Positions 34,831-38,263 of a DNA stretch of 38,263 nt are shown piece after piece (positions within the stretch are counted from its first letter, which is position 1; each line of letters begins with the position of its first letter). Both the position numbers and the translations under genes were made by a program. The notes under the pieces were generated by a model. That model saw only the letters and a list, made by a program, of their open reading frames with translations. It was not told where the DNA came from and ran no database searches. The DNA is from Octopus bimaculoides (taxonomy: Eukaryota), in NCBI RefSeq assembly GCF_001194135.2, contig NC_068990.1, forward strand, positions 9,497,057 through 9,535,319. The letters are read 5' to 3'.

Positions 34831-36949
34831 ACGTTCATACACTAATAGCAACAAAGTAAACAGCTCGCAGTACAACCACAAACTCACCCAACTATACCAG
34901 AACAAGTGCAATTTTATTCTGTGGAAACTGTTTGCTATGAAACAAAGTCAACAAGGCAACGGTAACATCCCTAACCAACAAACGACAATGGTACCACCCA
35001 CACACATACCAAAACATATGTAAAATCAACGCAACCTCCCTGTGTACAAATATGTAACAGAAGGCTTGCCATGACCAGGTAGAGTTCTGACCAAAAAAGA
35101 TTCTAACCAAGATGTTCCACCTATTTTTCAAGAGTACGCTATATAAAGTGACCTCCGGTTATTAAGTTTACTTAACGCGAGAGATATTTGGCTGTAATTG
35201 TTCTTTTTAAAGCAACTGCATCCAGGCTTCCACGTTCGCTCGTCAGTTTTGTCAGTTTCTCCAATTCATGATAAGCAGAGATGTACTCTTACTTAAGAAT
35301 TATAAACTAAATTTAATAAATATATAAAACTTAGTAAATTTGGAATAATTTGAGAAAAAAAACTTATTTTAAATCTTGAAATGCAATTGACAAACAGAAC
35401 GATTGTATGAAAATTGGAAGTTTAAAATTAATCTTGAAATAGTTATTACGAATTTTACTTTAAAAATCTTGAAATTCTCTTAAGAAACTACGACAGGAAG
35501 CTTAGACTGCTTTTTAGAATCTCGAGATTCTAATCAATATTGTGTCATTTGTTAAATTACAAAAATGCAAATTAAGATCATAGGATTTTCAACGCTTAAT
35601 TACTTTTTGTAAAGAGCTTTTTCTTAGTGCGTATCTCGAAGTTTATATACATGAACACTAATGTATTCATGTATGTATAGGGATATACATATATTCCTGC
35701 ATAAATAATACATACACGTACATAAACTATAGTGTTACACATATCTACATGCACATTTGTCTGTCTGTCTGTCTCTCTCCTCCCCCTCTCCCTCTCAGCT
35801 GAGTTTTATATAATTTGTATACAAGCATGCATTGACGTACATATGTATATACGCACTCATAATTGTGCATGTATTTATGTGTATAGGACCATGATTGTAT
35901 TTGTGTGTGTGTATGCGTGTGTGTATGCGTGTGTGTAAATATATCTGATTGCATGTGTGTAATGTGTGTGTGAGTGTGTGTATGTGTGCGTACTGTGTGT
36001 GTGCTTTTGAATTACCGGCAGAATAAGATGCAACTTAAGGCATCCTTTCAAAACAGATCTAAACTAGTAGCAATTCGCATAACACTTATGAAAAGCGTTA
36101 GAATATTATGAATGGATATAATGTACTTGGTCTGCTTATTCAACACAGAAATTTAGAAATCTATATATTGATTACTTTATAGTTTATATCAGAAATATTA
36201 TTCAATATTTCATGAAGGCAATATCTTCATTTGAAAGTCTAGAATTTTATTTGTTTGGTATTACAATCAAGTTAGTTATCAGATTTGCAAATCTGAGGTA
36301 ATATTGCATTTCAAAATTATTATATGATTACACTCACATAGTAACAGAAGATTAGTTACTCGATCGTGAGTTGATGGCTCATATACGTTAACATATGATA
36401 TACTAAACTGCTTATAGCGTTTGTACATGTTTGTTTACTCAATTTAAATACACTGAAATAGGTATTGCTAATTCTGCAGCCCCTAGTTCCAATGCAAAGC
36501 AAAGTTATCTAACCCCTTGTTAACGTCAATCGAGAACAAATCATTATCAAAGGTATTTCACTTGTAACCCTCTCGACATTTTGTGTACCAGAGACTGCTA
36601 CATTTTTCAGTATATTCTTAAGCTTATAAGATAGTATCACGTAAGATAAAGGTGAGATTTAACTGCTTTTTCTGATACGTCAATGGTTCATAGAAGCGTC
36701 TTTTGTTGACTTAAAAGATTATCGTTTACTTTGTAATGTTTTTTTTAGCTTATAGACGTGAATTACAAGGAAAGTAAAACTTCTTATGTGTAATATCGCT
36801 CAACAGAGAACAAGATCACCTGGAGTTCAGGACTAAGGAAAGGAGATAGGGAGAACTTTAAGCTAGAGGGTGAATAATTGATACGTAGTTAGTAATCGGT
36901 TGGAAGCCTTGAGAGAACATGCAATATTCTTTATGTCGCAAGAGACTAA

Positions 36950-37668
36950 TGGAATCTTTTTGAGTCTAATGGTGATTACGAAGGTACGACAACTCAGAAA
37001 ATTCACTTTGATAGTTCTAATAATAAAAAAAAACCCTCCTGAATTTGTTGGTGAGATTCAGGCCATGATTGGCAACGATCCCTCGAAGTCAATCAGGTCC
37101 ATCGCCAGGGACATGGGAGTGACTGAGTTTCTTATCAGGCAGGTAGTGCATGAAGACATTCGGTATTCCTCATACAAGGTGAGAAAGGGCCAATTTTTAT
37201 TCCAAACCATCAAGGACAAGAGGAAAGACCGTGTTACGAAGCTTTTGAACAAGCTGAAGCACCCCTCCAACCGAACATGCTTTGATTTTTTTCAGACGAG
37301 AAACATTTCTGCCAGGATCAGATGGTGAACACACAGAACAACCATTAACTTGCAATATCTCCCAAAACATGTATCAAGAGTGGTAAAAATCTAAGATCCA
37401 GTCAACATCATGGTGTTTTGAGTGATAACTAGTGATGGTGACGTTATGCCTCCATTCATCCTCTCATACGACCTCAGCCTCAATACGAAGGCCTACACCA
37501 AGTGCCTGGAGGAAGCAGTGCTGCTTGGGTCAAGAGGCTGTCTGCTGGAAGAATCTATATCTGGCATCAAAGCTCTGCATCATGTCACACAAGTAAGAAA
37601 ACGCAGTTATGGCTGTCAGACAATTCCGCGACTATATCATCCCTAATATCTGACCACCTAACTTTCCC
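36950..37668 (+). pseudogene. Tc1/mariner maT/DD37D-type transposase remnant (HTH, first D, second-D region), 3'-truncated
   Basis: PEFVGEIQAMIGNDPSKSIRSIARDMGV (HTH), FFSDEK (about 37292-37303), GDVMPPFI, WHQSSASCHTSKKTQLWLSDN, PPNFP. Multiple stops and frameshifts. Confidence 0.85.
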
Positions 37669-37906
37669 TTAACCGGTCCAGATCTCTTTAATACTCAGCC
37701 TAAATACGTCAAAACGGAAACGGATACCATAAAATTCAAAATATCTTCAAGAAATCACGGACCAAGCTCCTACACCCGGATATGTCCTCAACAATAATAA
37801 CTCTTTGTTAGAGTGAGCTATGCTGCCTCATGTATGACTAAAATACTTCACCAGGTAGTGCTATTGAGTTAGTCATGTTAGGTACACAAACACGCACACA
37901 CGAACA

Positions 37907-38159
37907 CAGGGTTGGCCAAAAGTCACCTGACGGTAAATAAAAACCCATTTCATTTCAAGATTTAAACAAAAGATTATTTTATGTGAAACTTCGTTAGTAA
38001 ATAGACAAATGTTGAGAAAAAAAAAACAACCCAAAAATGGGGATTTTAACTTACAGCATTCAATTATTAAACATTCATAATTGGAATGAATAAATAAAAT
38101 CGAACATTAAGTATTTATGGAATTTTGATTTACTGTTGGGTGACTTTTGGCCAACGCTG
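37907..38159. mobile_element. Tc1/mariner-type MITE, 253 bp, 32-bp TIRs
   Basis: 37907-37938 CAGGGTTGGCCAAAAGTCACCTGACGGTAAAT versus the reverse complement of 38128-38159: 28/32 identity. Flanks are CA and TA (probable mutated TA target-site duplication). Confidence 0.85.
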
Positions 38160-38263
38160 TATATACATACACCCACACACGCATACATATATATATATAT
38201 AGATATATAGATATACATACATACATACATACATACATACATACGTATATATATATATATATA
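38160..38263. repeat. (TA)/(CATA)n microsatellite to window end
   Basis: Direct reading. Confidence 0.9.

Noticed and set aside
35514-35533. Perfect 20-bp palindrome TTAGAATCTCGAGATTCTAA near three AATCTTGAAAT repeats
   Set aside because: A single 10-bp-arm palindrome in AT-rich 38 kb is not far from chance, and it is not a proper heat-shock element spacing.

Overview
AT-rich, microsatellite-dense, repeat-dominated animal genomic DNA with five N gaps. I recognise the tRNA-derived SINE families as Octopus-type, so the source is probably an octopod cephalopod (inference; not database-checked). No host protein-coding exon can be supported. Almost all ORF-track entries come from microsatellites, SINEs or decayed transposons. 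Identifiable content: many SINE copies or fragments (several families), a Helentron/HINE-like non-autonomous element, three Tc1/mariner transposase remnants (DD37D and DD41D types), a Tc1/mariner MITE, an RTE-clade LINE fragment, two 3' ends of an R4/Dong-like RLE LINE, and a 164-bp near-perfect foldback. The most interesting structure is a Penelope-like retroelement family present at two loci (about 1603-2418 and 21872-22398). Its terminal repeat combines a tRNA-like Pol III promoter (A and B boxes), a (TAA)n tract and a minimal type I hammerhead ribozyme. Both loci show a head-to-head inverted arrangement. One copy is linked to the C-terminus of a GIY-YIG endonuclease ORF, and in the other the (TAA)n has been hit twice by the Dong-like LINE. 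A second, variant hammerhead-like motif lies at 29279-29312.
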